A stretch of 64,000 nucleotides of DNA from positions 51,002 to 115,001 of the forward strand of contig JAUCBJ010009125.1 of the NCBI GenBank assembly GCA_032718475.1, given 5' to 3'. The notes beneath the pieces are model-generated. The model was not told the origin of the DNA. It did not search any database and saw only the letters and a program-made list of their open reading frames with translations. This stretch comes from Nemertoderma westbladi (taxonomy: Eukaryota > Animalia > Xenacoelomorpha). How positions within the stretch are numbered: the first letter of the stretch is position 1; each line of letters begins with the position of its first letter. The translations under genes and the position numbers were made by a program. This document shows positions 45,581 to 57,647 of the stretch, piece by piece.

Positions 45581-46067
45581 CAGTTAAAAGTTTAATTTAA
45601 ACTACCTGCATCATAGGTACATAATACTGTATAATGTATATGCGCCCTTTGGGATAAATAAAGAATTAATATTTGTATAACTTAGTATCGTGTGCTTAGC
45701 TAAATTGTGCTTTTTAATTTAAATTATTATTTAAATAAAAAAATAACAATAAAAAAATATAAATATAAATATAAATCTGGCGCGGTACGTACAAAACATG
45801 GAAACATTATTTCTTACTCGTAAAGTGGAACTATGGCATACAGAACTCAAGCCATGAATTAGAAACGCAAACGCAAACTTTCAGTAAGAAGGGTTATAAC
45901 GGATATCTCCTTGATCAAATTTTATATTATCACTATTAGTTGATTTATATCACTCGTTGGAAAGGAAATGGTGATTGGAGAGCTACTTGGGCCAATCCCT
46001 GGGGCAATTGGTGATATACTACTGAAAGTCTCATTACCAACAAATCCATCATCATGTTCAAAGTCGT

Positions 46068-46595
46068 GGGGGTCTTAGTTTTGTATAATGGGGGGGGGGG
46101 GGGGGGGGGGGGGGTGTTCGTTTTGTACCGTGACGGGTCTTAGACTCTTAGTTTTGTGCAATGGGGGTCTTAGTTTTGTACCATGGGAGGAATGGGTCTT
46201 CGTTTTGTACCATGGGGGGAGCGGGTCTTAGTTTTGTACCATGGGGGGAGCGGGTCTTCGTTTTGTACCATGGGGGAGCGGGTCTTCGTTTTGTACCATG
46301 GGGGAGCGGGTCTTAGTTTTGTACCATGGGGGGAGCGGGTCTTAGTTTTGTACCATGGGGGGAGCGGGTCTTAGTTTTGTACCATGGGGGGAGCGGGTCT
46401 TAGTTTTGTACCATGGGGGGAGCGGGTCTTAGTTTTGTACCATGGGGGGAGCGGGTCTTAGTTTTGGACCATGGGGGAGCGGGTCTTAGTTTTGTACCAT
46501 GGGGGGAGCGGGTCTTAGTTTTGTACCATGGGGGAGCGGGTCTTCGTTTTGTACCATGGGGGGAGCGGGTCTTCGTTTTGTACCATGTACGTCTT
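46068..46595. repeat. 28-29-bp minisatellite
   Basis: Unit gggtcttagttttgtaccatggggggagc. Confidence 0.95.
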
Positions 46596-46931
46596 AATTT
46601 TAATAATATTTGAAACATTCTGAGTTTACCATTTGGTTGTTGCTAATTTAAACTCTTCCATTTTATTTTATTGTGCTAAAAAAAAATTATATCGATGAAG
46701 AATTACATAAAATAGAATTTAATTATATTAACATCTTATAAATAATTAAAACCGCAATTATAATTAATATATTGAAAATTCAACATAAAAGCACTGTCTC
46801 GAAATGCAATTAAAACAAAGAATTAACAAAACTAATATAATATATACTCATTTGAATCTTTATTTTACAACTAGATATAAATTATACCAATATTCTTTAC
46901 TATAAGTCAGAAACTAATTAATCTCCGCGCT

Positions 46932-49307
46932 TTATTCCCATTCTGTAGTTCCGGGTGGTTTGGCAGTGAGATCGTATAGAACGCGAGACACGCCTGGTAC
47001 GGCAGCCACAGCGGCAACCATCGATGCGACAACCAACACGTCTATATCGCGACCAGGCACTGCGGGAACACCCGTCATAAAGTCCCGCGTGATAAACGGA
47101 CGAAGTACCACGGAACGCCGCTGGGAGTCGCCCTCGAAATCCAATGGGAGAAGAACGACGGGCATTTGGGCGAGTCGGCGTACAGCGCCGGCTGCTCGGA
47201 GGGCGGAATGGGCGGCGTCGTCCACCAAACGCGATAATTCTAGAACGTCCGGAGTGAGAGTAGTCGGGGTAACGTCCTGTGGCTCAGAGGTAACTGCCGG
47301 ACCGAAAACGTAAACAACTCGGTTTACGTTGTGTTGCAGACGAGGAATAATCTTAGCGAGGGAGATTAGAAGCTCCCAGTTGGGTTGGGCCGAGGGGGAG
47401 CTGAGGGCAACCGCGTAGCTGTAGGACCGAGAGTCGCCCTGAACCCCGACCGATCGCACCGGGAGGAGCACCGACGATAAATCCGTCGACGAAACGGCTT
47501 GCATTGTCTCGCGTTGTTCCGGGCTCAACTCGTACGTTCCGCGCCCCGCGAGGAACGCGGAAACCGAGTCGCGGGTGGCCGCGTAGGAACGCGTTCCTCG
47601 CGCACAGAACGCGGATCGCGAGACCCGGGCCCGGGAACGGGTGCCGTTCCACGAACGCTTCGAACAGACCGAGGTCCCGTCCCTGTTGTCGGACCTGCAA
47701 TGAAAGAGGCAGAAGGAAATAAAAATGACTTAAATATAAATATTTATTTATCTTAATTGTGTTAATCAATAAACATGTTTTGGTATAAAATAAATTAATT
47801 TGAAGAGAACAGTTCATATATAATTAAGAGAGATACACCTCCAGTAGAGGTAAATAGGTGATTATATTATATAATATAAATAGAAATCAAAACTTAATTA
47901 AAAAATAACGGAGTAAAAGTAAAAAAAAAAAGATTGAAAACTTAGGAGATAAAGAGTGGCAATCCCCTGGGCCAGCAGACACGTGGACGTGTCCAACCCG
48001 AGACGCGACAACTCGTCCTCGATGACCCGCATAAAGGTGTCCCCGATGATCCGTCGTTTATCCTCCGGCTCCACGACGTCACGCAATGCCGGCGTCTCCC
48101 GGGAACCACCAACGGTGGTCCGAGCCGAGTAGAACTCCTCGCTGGCGTCCAGATATCGGACCTTGAGACCCAGGCCGTTGAGGGCGCGGACCACCTGGGT
48201 CGACTCGTCTAGTCGCATGAACCCGTTGTTGATGTGAACCGCGATGATGGAGTCAGATGGGATGGCCTTGTGGAGCAGCGCAGCGCAGACAGTGGAGTCG
48301 ACCCCGCCACTAACAAGGACAATCACCTGTGAAATAGAAATAGAATTTCCTTAGACTTTTAATACCACACTGATTTGGTATTAATAATGAAGTTCCGCCT
48401 TATCGGAAGTGACACTCTCCCAACGGTACCTTTTTCCACCGGTACCGGAAGTGACGTCTCTCCGTTTCCCTTACTGATACCTGTGTAACGGAAGTGACGC
48501 CCCTCTGCTTCGCCGTTTACTTTACCTTTGGACCGGAAGTGACACCACTCTATTTCCTTTACCTTTCTGCCGGAAGTGACGTCTCTCCGTTTCCCTTACC
48601 TTTGTACCGGAAGTGACGCCTCTCCGTTCCGCCGTTTCCCTTACCTTTGTACCGGAAGTGACGCACCGCTGTATCTCGGCGGTACAACTCGCTTCTCGGT
48701 TATCCATAGTAAAGTTACCGGTGCAACCCGCAACTTTGTACAGGAAGTTCCTCATCATGACCCGCCCGTTGGTGGTGAGATCAACCTCGGGGTGGAACTG
48801 CACCCCGTAGAACGGACGCGATTCGTGTGCCAACGCCGCCACCATGTCGCCGGACCGCGCCACAACCCGGTAACCAGGGGCAACCGAGGTAACCGTATCC
48901 CCGTGGGTTAGCAGCACCGACTGGCGGGCTTCCAGTGAACTAAACAGAGGACAATCCGTTTCCACCGTAACATCGAACTGGCCATCTTCTCTTGCTTCTT
49001 TCTTCTCGACTTTGCCTTCGAAGATGTTGTTTATCAGTTGTAGTCCGTAGCAGATACCTAGAACCGGAATCCCCAAAGAGAATATACCCGGATCGCATCG
49101 TGGAGAGTCTGGTGACGTCACGCTTTCTGGGCCGCCCGATATAATGATCGCTTTGAAGCCCTTCCTACGTAGTTCCTCTGGGTCGGTGTTTAACGGCAGT
49201 AACTCGGTCCCAACGTTCAGCTCACGCACTTTACGATCTATAACTTTGCCGTATTGCGCTCCCGCGTCCAATAACGCTACAAACTCTGCTGAATGGCACG
49301 TCGACAT
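46932..49307 (-). pseudogene. GMPS: GMP synthase (glutamine-hydrolysing), apparently disabled copy
   Basis: Exons 49307-48645, 48326-~47966, 47695-46932: [51 protein letters not shown]. No GT donor after LAQG, the segment between LAQG and VR..G is absent, and frame shifts near 47585. Confidence 0.8.
48400..48665. repeat. ~37-45-bp tandem copies of the GMPS exon 1 end and donor
   Basis: Minus-strand unit cgtcacttccggtacaaag|GTAAGGgaaacggagaga, decaying into the intron. Confidence 0.85.
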
Positions 49308-49742
49308 AATTAATTACCGCTAATTCTGTAATTCAATTATTAACATACAATATTTGTAGGCCTAATTATTATAGTACCTGCTTCTGAGGTTTTAGAATGA
49401 GCTGATTTCATTGGGAATGTTTATAAAATTGTGGTACTTTCAAAAATGGCCAATGTCTGAATGTGCCAGTCGAAAATTTTAAGTGCCAGCCAGTGCACTT
49501 CTATTCCAGTACTGCAGTACTCTGGTCGGTACTGGTCCGGTAATGCAGTGTATTATTCTGTATGTGGTATGTGCATTATACTGCACTACTGCGTTAGGCA
49601 ATAGATTAATGCTGAGTGCATTATGCTGTTGCTGTCATCATTATTACATTACCTGATTACCTGTGTTTATTTGACTAATTATTATCACTTCTACACAGGG
49701 CTCGCAGCCACGGGGGCCTAATCTAATCTGGACATACAGTAG

Positions 49743-52700
49743 TATGGTGGCCCATGGCTGCCACTATAAAACTCTTGATAAAATATTTAAATAATAAATA
49801 AGTGGAAAAAGTATATTGAAAAAAAAATAAGTAAAAAAAAATATCTTGAAAAAAATAAGTAAAATAAAATATCTTAAAAAAATCTCAGTAAAAAATATCT
49901 TGAAAAAAAAGTAAAAAAATACTGTTAAAGAAAAAAAACACCCCACGTGGCCCAGGGCTGCCATCACCCCATAATCAGATAACAGTTGGCCCATGGCTGC
50001 CATTAAAAAAACTAATAGTAAAAAAAATAATAAAAAAAATAAAATACCCCCTCGTGGCCCAGGGCTGCCACTGCCCACAGAATCAGTACTGCAGTAATAG
50101 TATTGGACCATGGCTGCCATTAAAAAAAACTAATAGTAAAAAAAATAAAATACCCCCTCGTGGCCCAGGGCTGCCACTGCCCCCAGAATCAGTAATAGTA
50201 TTGGACCATGGCTGCCAGACTAGCAGATTACTGTGCTCATAATACTGCTGTATTGTACTGCTGTATGCAGGTATGTGTTGTGTAGTACTGTCAGACTGTC
50301 ACTGTAGGCCTACTGATTATTCATAATGGGCCCTTTTCCCTATACAGCTATAGGGGCTGTTGCGCTGTCAGTCAGAGAGGTAACAGCCCATGGCAGCATG
50401 GGGTAAGGATTTACCGGACCCCTAGCTGCCTAGTGAGCTAACTGTCAGATACAGAGATACTGAGAAAGTTTGATACCAACTGTCAGACAGTCTTTTTCAA
50501 CTATCAGATAGCCTAGACCTGTAGACGATCGGATCGCCCAGTTCTGCAGTTACAAGTTGCCCTCAGTTGTATTTGTTAAACCCCGAGAGTTCAGGAGTTG
50601 CTGACAGAGTCTGTTACTACTGTCAGTGTCAGACTGTACTACTTCCAAAATCGTTGATCGTGGTGCCGGTACCGGAATTCTGGCTTTGATTATAAACACT
50701 GAACTGCTGAACGATGGCGGAATCTACGAAACCCGGATTCCTAATCCTGTAATCCGAGAAGGCGACGAAGTCATTAAACGTAAACAATGAAACGATCACT
50801 ATGGACAACGGAGTCTATTCAATCGAGAACGATACGATGGCGACGGAGTCTATTGCTGTATTACAATATTAAACACGGAACCTGGAACCAGAGCGATCCT
50901 GCGATCAGACGATGGCGAGGTATGCCGAGGTAATCTACAAAACACAGAACGACAAGAAGGCGACGGAGTTTATTAAACCCAGTACGATATGGTGAATAGC
51001 GATCGAGACGCGACAACGGTGTCTATTAAACCTTGAACGAAGACGGTCAGACGGTGGAGTCTATAAACCTGGAACAATGCGAACGAGGCTACTGTAAAGT
51101 TAGACTGGTTTGCGGGATTAACCTGCCAATACTAACTCAATAGAATTCGCTTTCTTCGAATTCCTAATATCAGAATATATTTTAATCTTAATAATAATTA
51201 TTCAACATCAATTATTATTTTATAAGTCTTGTAAAGATTGCTAAAGTATATAGAGCTAACTTATAAATCTAAGATCTAAATTTAAGAATCTGCCTTATAT
51301 TTTTAGAATTATTATAATTAATTTTGTTATGTTTATAATGAATTATAGTGAGGCTGTAGTGTAAATGAATTATATCTTTTGACAGACTACTGTATGCGCG
51401 ACCGTGATGATAATGGGAAATGGGAAGGTAAAGGGGGGTGGGGGGATCGCAATCAATATTCTTCCCTCCCTAGGTGAAAATCGACGAAAATAACAGCTTG
51501 TTTACTACTAAAAATAAAACTGTAACCTGTTCTACAGGGAAAATTTTAGATAGCAGTACTCGTCTTCATTATATGCCTCATTGCGCTCGTCGCTCGTCCT
51601 GTTTTGTAATAAAATATTTTTCCATAAACGAAGACTGACGACCTTTATACAGTTATAACAATGCAAAGTTTCGAAAATGTGCGAGTAACTGCTGATACAT
51701 CTATGTGTACACCGCCAACGCATCGAATGTCGATGTAGTAATATGGGTATTGAAATAATATTAAATCAATGTACACTCTTAAAGCTGCAGCGAAAAAATG
51801 TAGCTAATTTCCTAGGTTACATATAAAATAATAATATTATTTTTAAGAACATTAATTTTACTACTTTGCAGAAATTAAATTAAAAAATATTCAGACAAAT
51901 ATATTGTGGAATAAACTATTTCAGATATAAGCCTACAACAGTCATTATATCTTCTGTCACCTGAGATAGTAAGTACTACAACATTTATAGTATAGAGTCA
52001 ATAGGAATTGGGAATACAGGCAGGATGGTAGACTTTAAAGAATGCTGTCTGGACTGGAATAGCAACACTGCTGCCTATTACAATTCCCCTCTGGTTAAGC
52101 TACAGTAAAAAATCCCAGCAGCTAGCAGCTCTACACCCCCGCAGAGACTATATTAAATGGGCAGGATTAAATTTGTACTCAATAATTGTGAAGTTTTATT
52201 TACGTTTAGATCAATTAAAGACACATTTATTAAAGAAAATCACGTGAACTAATTAAAAACTGCAATGTAATGGGGTATGGGGATTACAGCTATATAACTT
52301 TTAAGTATAATTATTTAAATAGTATTTTAAAAATTTTAAAATTATTTAAAAAAAAGTTCTTTAAAAAGTATAATTAATTTCCTTTAAAAAGGCAGGTTGA
52401 AAATTGTGTTTTTACCGTAATCAACTGAATTTACTGCTATTATCTTAGCTTCTCGAAGGCCACACTGAAATTCAACTTGGAAAATGTCTAAACTTTTGCC
52501 AAACAACATGTGTACCAAGTTTGGATATATTTCATCGAGGATTGGCTGAGTTATTAACGTTTAAAATTGAACATTGCAAAAAAAGCGACAGAACGACAGG
52601 TTGATTAATGGCACCCCTACGCTAAGGCTCACTCACTTCGTAGATCGCCCCACAGTAGTCTGGCAGCCATGGTCCATGTATTACTGATCCTGGTGGTAGT

Positions 52701-53577
52701 GGCAGCCCTGGGCCACGAGGGGGTATTTTATTTTTTTTTACTATTAGTTTTTTTAATGGCAGCCATGGTCCAATACTATTACTGATTCTGGGTGCAGTGG
52801 CAGCCCTGGGCCACGAGGGGGTATTTTATTTTTTTATTTTTTTTTACTATTTTTTTTGGATTCTACAGTTAGCTCACTAGGCAGCTAGGGGTCCGGTAAA
52901 TCCTTACCCCATGCTGCCATGGGCTGTTACCTCTCTGACTGACAGCGCAACAGCCCCTATAGCTGTATAGGGAAAAGGGCCCATTATGAATAATCAGTAG
53001 GCCTACAGTGACAGTCTGACAGTACTACACAACACATACCTGCATACAGCAGTACAATACAGCAGTATTATGAGCACAGTAATCTGCTAGTCTGGCAGCC
53101 ATGGTCCAATACTATTACTGATTCTGGGTGCAGTGGCAGCCCTGGGCCACGAGGGGGTATTTTATTTTTTTTACTATTAGTTTTTTTAATGGCAGCCATG
53201 GGCCAATACTATTACTGATTCTGGGGGCAGTGGCAGCCCTGGGCCACGAGGAGGTATTTTATTTTTTTTTAACTATTTGTTTTTTTAATGGCAGCCATGG
53301 GCCAACTGTTATCTGATTATGGGGTGATGGCAGCCCTGGGCCACGTGGGGTATTTTTTTTCTTTAGCAGTATTTATATTTTATGGAAATTTTTTCGTGAG
53401 TATTTTTTTACCTTTTTTTTCAAGATATTTTTTACTGAGATTTTTTTTAAGATATTTTATTTTACTTATTTTTTTTTTAAGATTTTTTTTAATTATTTTT
53501 TTTTCAAGATATTTTTTCCACTTATTTATTTAAATATTTTATCAAGAGTTTTATAGTGGCAGCCATGGGCCACCATA
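49743..53577. mobile_element. Foldback structure with ~700-bp inverted arms
   Basis: 49743-50445 inverted at ~52865-53577; CAGTAG direct repeat on both flanks. Confidence 0.75.
51545..52652 (+). mobile_element. Dispersed repeat family, copy 2
   Basis: Near-collinear with ~25755-26850. Confidence 0.8.
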
Positions 53578-54919
53578 CAGTAGTATCTGAATCTGTATGG
53601 AGGCCGTAGCAGTTACCGTAGCAGTAGCAGTTACTAACATTTGTACATTTCGACGGGCGATATATTCAGTAAACCCGGAATCTGTTGTGACTTCATTGTG
53701 CTATATGCTATAAATGCCTCAAATTCCTCAGAGACCGCCAGAAAAGTAATATACCGCCCATCGTCCTTCGAAATTCATGAAGGAGAGTAATCAACAAGGT
53801 ACGATATTTTTAAATGTCATATTCGTGATCAGCATCCCAAAAACCCATATGGTCATAAAATCAATTTGTTTTCGTGGTGATTTTTCATTATCGTATTTCC
53901 ACTACTTGTTTTTTTCGTGCTCCAGGGGCACAAATAACTGACTAATAACTAATACAACAACATGCCTAAGCCTATATGTTGTTATATTACACAACTCTTC
54001 GATATGTTTGATGTAGAGGAATAAACCTTCCCAATGAAATCACCATTCTAAAACCTCAGTAGCCAAACTGTACGGCCAATTTACCACTTTTGAAAAAAGT
54101 GATACTTGTACTTTTAGTGCTCTTTTACTATCTATTGATAAAAAAATGAAAATATTGCTTCTAATCTTGCTTCGATTACTAATAATGAATTAAACAAACC
54201 AAAAAGCATAGTATTATAGTTTAATGGTTATACCAAAATCTTGAAGGGTGATGTATTTTGTGTACTTTTATCAATTCCGAAAGGTGTTGACATGTTATGG
54301 GTGCCAGAATGCCTCATATCTCGAAAACTACTGGAGCTATTAACTTTTTATTTGTCTCGTGTAAAAGAGGATATAATTTTAGTTAGGGACAAGTACTTTC
54401 GACGCGCTAGACGTATTGTTTCAGGGGTTTTATCTAAGAGACTGGCCCACTAAATTAAGGGGCTTTGCAGCAGCTTGGCGGGTCGTATATATAGTAGGTC
54501 ATGGTACAGTCTTATTGGCCATTTAGAAGCGAGCCTTCCAAAGCTACGCTTAAACACTACTGGAAGACTTTGAGATTGCCGCACAGAGGGTGGCATTTAT
54601 AGTTTTAGCGACAAGCCATGCCAAGGCGTCCGGACATCTACTAATCTACATACCGTATCTCTAGTAGGCCTACGCCTTGTGCTTTTGCCACCCACCGTGT
54701 TTTTAAAGTGCTGTGGGCTATTCCTATGATACGAAAGAAATCATCCCTCCCAATTGGCTGCAGTTTGTTGTATTTCAACCGGAAGTACACGTTGCCAAGC
54801 AACCAGGATCAATAATCGAAATAACGATGCGTCTGTTAGAGCAGTTCAGTTGTCTGCAGTTCAGTCTGCTAGTAGGAGGCCTATTATTACTGATTACCTT
54901 TATTGCTATTAGTATGTAT

Positions 54920-55010
54920 TATTACTACTAAAACTGCCCAGGCCCCCATTCGGGGATTGTACCCACGACTTCCAAGAGATGTGAATTCAATGCAACCACT
55001 TACACCAAGC
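54920..55010 (-). mobile_element. tRNA-derived SINE head (same family as 1362)
   Basis: ggtgtaagtgg..cacatctct..gtgggtacaatccccg..gggcagttttagt. Confidence 0.6.
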
Positions 55011-55355
55011 AGCCGAGGTGGAACTTCACCGGTTAACCGCTGGTTTGATACTACCGGTTTAGTGTTGCATGGCAATCTGGTATAGGCATCGCATAGGCAT
55101 AGGCTATGCTATTAACTTTACTGCACTACCGGTACCGGTATATAATCTACCCTGCTACCGTCCGGTACTGATATCGTTGTTGATTAGGTTTTCTTTTAGG
55201 TACCGGTACTGGTATCATAATTATTTCACTCGTAAGACAGTAAGTCTGACCGCATTACTGCAATACCGACTTTTCGACTCGATATTTACTTATTAACGAA
55301 AATAGATGCTCTACATTGAATTACTTTAAATTGAATTGATTTGATAATATACAAA

Positions 55356-56411
55356 ATGTATTTCTTGACTCTGGTACTCATTTATACGATTTGTTTCTGT
55401 AGCTTTTTTTACGTTATGTTGATGGGAAACACGAGATTCCACCGCGGTGGTTTAGTTGGCCGTCTCCGATCCAACATACTCGACACGTGTTCTCGAATAT
55501 TCGATAGACTACTCCCGAACTGTGTACATACGACTTACCTGCGGTCCACCCATTTCTTCCTCGCCACTCGAACTTCCTTCTTTATCTACCTAAACGCGGC
55601 GCTTCTCTGTTTGGGTATTTCCGAGTATTTATACGACGTTCGTTTTTACACGTGGCAACTCGGGATGCCTTCCCATTACCTCGTCCGACAACTCGGATTG
55701 ATCGCCGTCCATGTCATCCTACTCTTATCGTGTCGTTTCTCAGACCCCGGTAGAGTAACGCGATCTAACGTGTCTAAATACATGGCGCAATTCCCCTACG
55801 ATCGTGTTTATTATTTCCCTAGGAACTCGTGTAGGTCTTGCGAGCTCGGTAAACCCGCTCGCTCCAAGCACTGCAACCTGTGTGGCGGCTGCGTGGCTCG
55901 AATGGACCATCACTGCGTCTGGGTAAACAATTGTATCGGATCTAAAAATTACTCATATTTCATCGGTTATCTATTTTCCCTCATCGCAATGACTACTTAC
56001 GCTTTCCACACGACCATTCACGTTTTTCATCGACTTATTTTTGTTCTAAAGATTTGGGAATGGCGTTGGGTTGACGAGGCAGGAGAGTCTCACCCTGCGA
56101 CTCCGATGCTAATGAGTCAACAACTATTCATGGAATATCCACGCATGGTCGTGTTCCTTATGGCCATGCTGTTACTAACCCTCGGTTTAATTGGATTATT
56201 TGGTTTCCATATTTATCTCCTATTGGCCAATCGTACCACGAACGAATTCTATAAGTGCCCCCCTCATCATTGCCATGGTGGCGACAACGGTGTCGCTAAA
56301 ACCAAGGTAATTAAGACTGTCCCGAGGTCAGTCGGTAAGGTTGGTAAGAATTCCGTTAAGAACATCTACAATCGCGGTATATTGCGTAATATTTGTGAAG
56401 TATTTCTATAA
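55356..56411 (+). CDS. ZDHHC4: DHHC palmitoyltransferase, ZDHHC4/Swf1-like, single coding exon
   Basis: SDPG, CRSCELGKPARSKHCNLCGGCVARMDHHCVWVNNCIG, TTNE and C-terminal NIYNRGILRNICEVF; multiple TM segments. Confidence 0.9.
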   Translation: MYFLTLVLIYTICFCSFFYVMLMGNTRFHRGGLVGRLRSNILDTCSRIFDRLLPNCVHTTYLRSTHFFLATRTSFFIYLNAALLCLGISEYLYDVRFYTWQLGMPSHYLVRQLGLIAVHVILLLSCRFSDPGRVTRSNVSKYMAQFPYDRVYYFPRNSCRSCELGKPARSKHCNLCGGCVARMDHHCVWVNNCIGSKNYSYFIGYLFSLIAMTTYAFHTTIHVFHRLIFVLKIWEWRWVDEAGESHPATPMLMSQQLFMEYPRMVVFLMAMLLLTLGLIGLFGFHIYLLLANRTTNEFYKCPPHHCHGGDNGVAKTKVIKTVPRSVGKVGKNSVKNIYNRGILRNICEVFL

Positions 56412-57647
56412 TGTTTCAATTAAGTTGAAATAAGTCCGCGTTTGCACACTTTGAGTTGCATTACATGCCTTTATTTGTATTGGATTAGATCAGATTAATA
56501 GATACCTAATAGACAGATAACTTTGTGTCTTTAATATGAACCATATTATTATTACAGAATCAGTTTCATTTTCTTTTATAGTTATTTTTTAAGTTTATAC
56601 TTCTCCATTTCAGAATCCGATTCATGTGCCTGTAAATTCTGTCACTCGCCCATCACAGATAAATTCCATATCATTCCCACATTCCATCTCTTGCAACTCT
56701 AGCGAACGTTTGATCTATTTATTTTATAATTCAGCATGTGCTTATTTTACGATGATAATAATAATAATCCCATTTTAGTTAATTTATTTTCCATTTTATT
56801 ATCGATTCTCGTGTGTAATACCTACCGGTACCTATATTATATTTTAACATATATTTATTGATCAATTGAAATAATAAATAAATTCCCAGTTGCCTCGCAT
56901 GGGGGCGTAATGATTTTTAAAAAAAGTCAGCATATTTAATTATATATAACATATAAACTTCTGCTTTATAACTCAAAGCGAAAGCCGTGCTAAAAGCCTG
57001 AAACATAATTTTCTCAATCCCATATATCCCATGTTCAACCGCAGGAAACTGATATTGTTATTCTCAAATTATCGATCTAACCAGACCTGGTTGATTAGAA
57101 TGACGTTCCGCCTTTTCTTTCGCAACGATTTTATTTTCAATCGATTCGTTTCTGTTATTCCGATACTTAAACTCGCGTTCTAAGTATCTCTCGTTATCCT
57201 TTTTTGACAGTCAACTTGTTTCGAAAATCGATACTTTTTAAACTCAGCTCTACTTCTCGTAATTAAGAAAATATGAGGTTTAATTTGTTTACTTGAAATA
57301 TTCAAATATTCATTGACAACCAAAACCTGATGATTTCCCGTAATGGTATTACTGAAAGTAATAATTTCGCAGCGGAACTGATCTGTGATATAGAGATGAA
57401 CTAATTGTACATTTCATTTGTATTATAGGTGATGACGCGTATTTATAACTTTCGGTAAGAAAATATTACTGTGGCTCAATATAACATACTTAGTTATTAT
57501 ACTGTAGTCAGAGTTGATGGCAGTCTAATTATCTGAAGCTAATGGGGGCGAAATGCGTAAATACCTTGAACTTCATTTTGACTTATTTGAAAAATATAAT
57601 ATTAAAATACAGTTAATACCAAATCTTTTTCAAAGCGTAAATAAGTA

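Noticed and set aside
46960-47756. Plus-strand ORFs over GMPS
   Set aside because: Antisense shadows of GC-rich coding sequence.
57326-57372. CTGATGA..GAAA hammerhead candidate
   Set aside because: Stems I and II cannot be formed.
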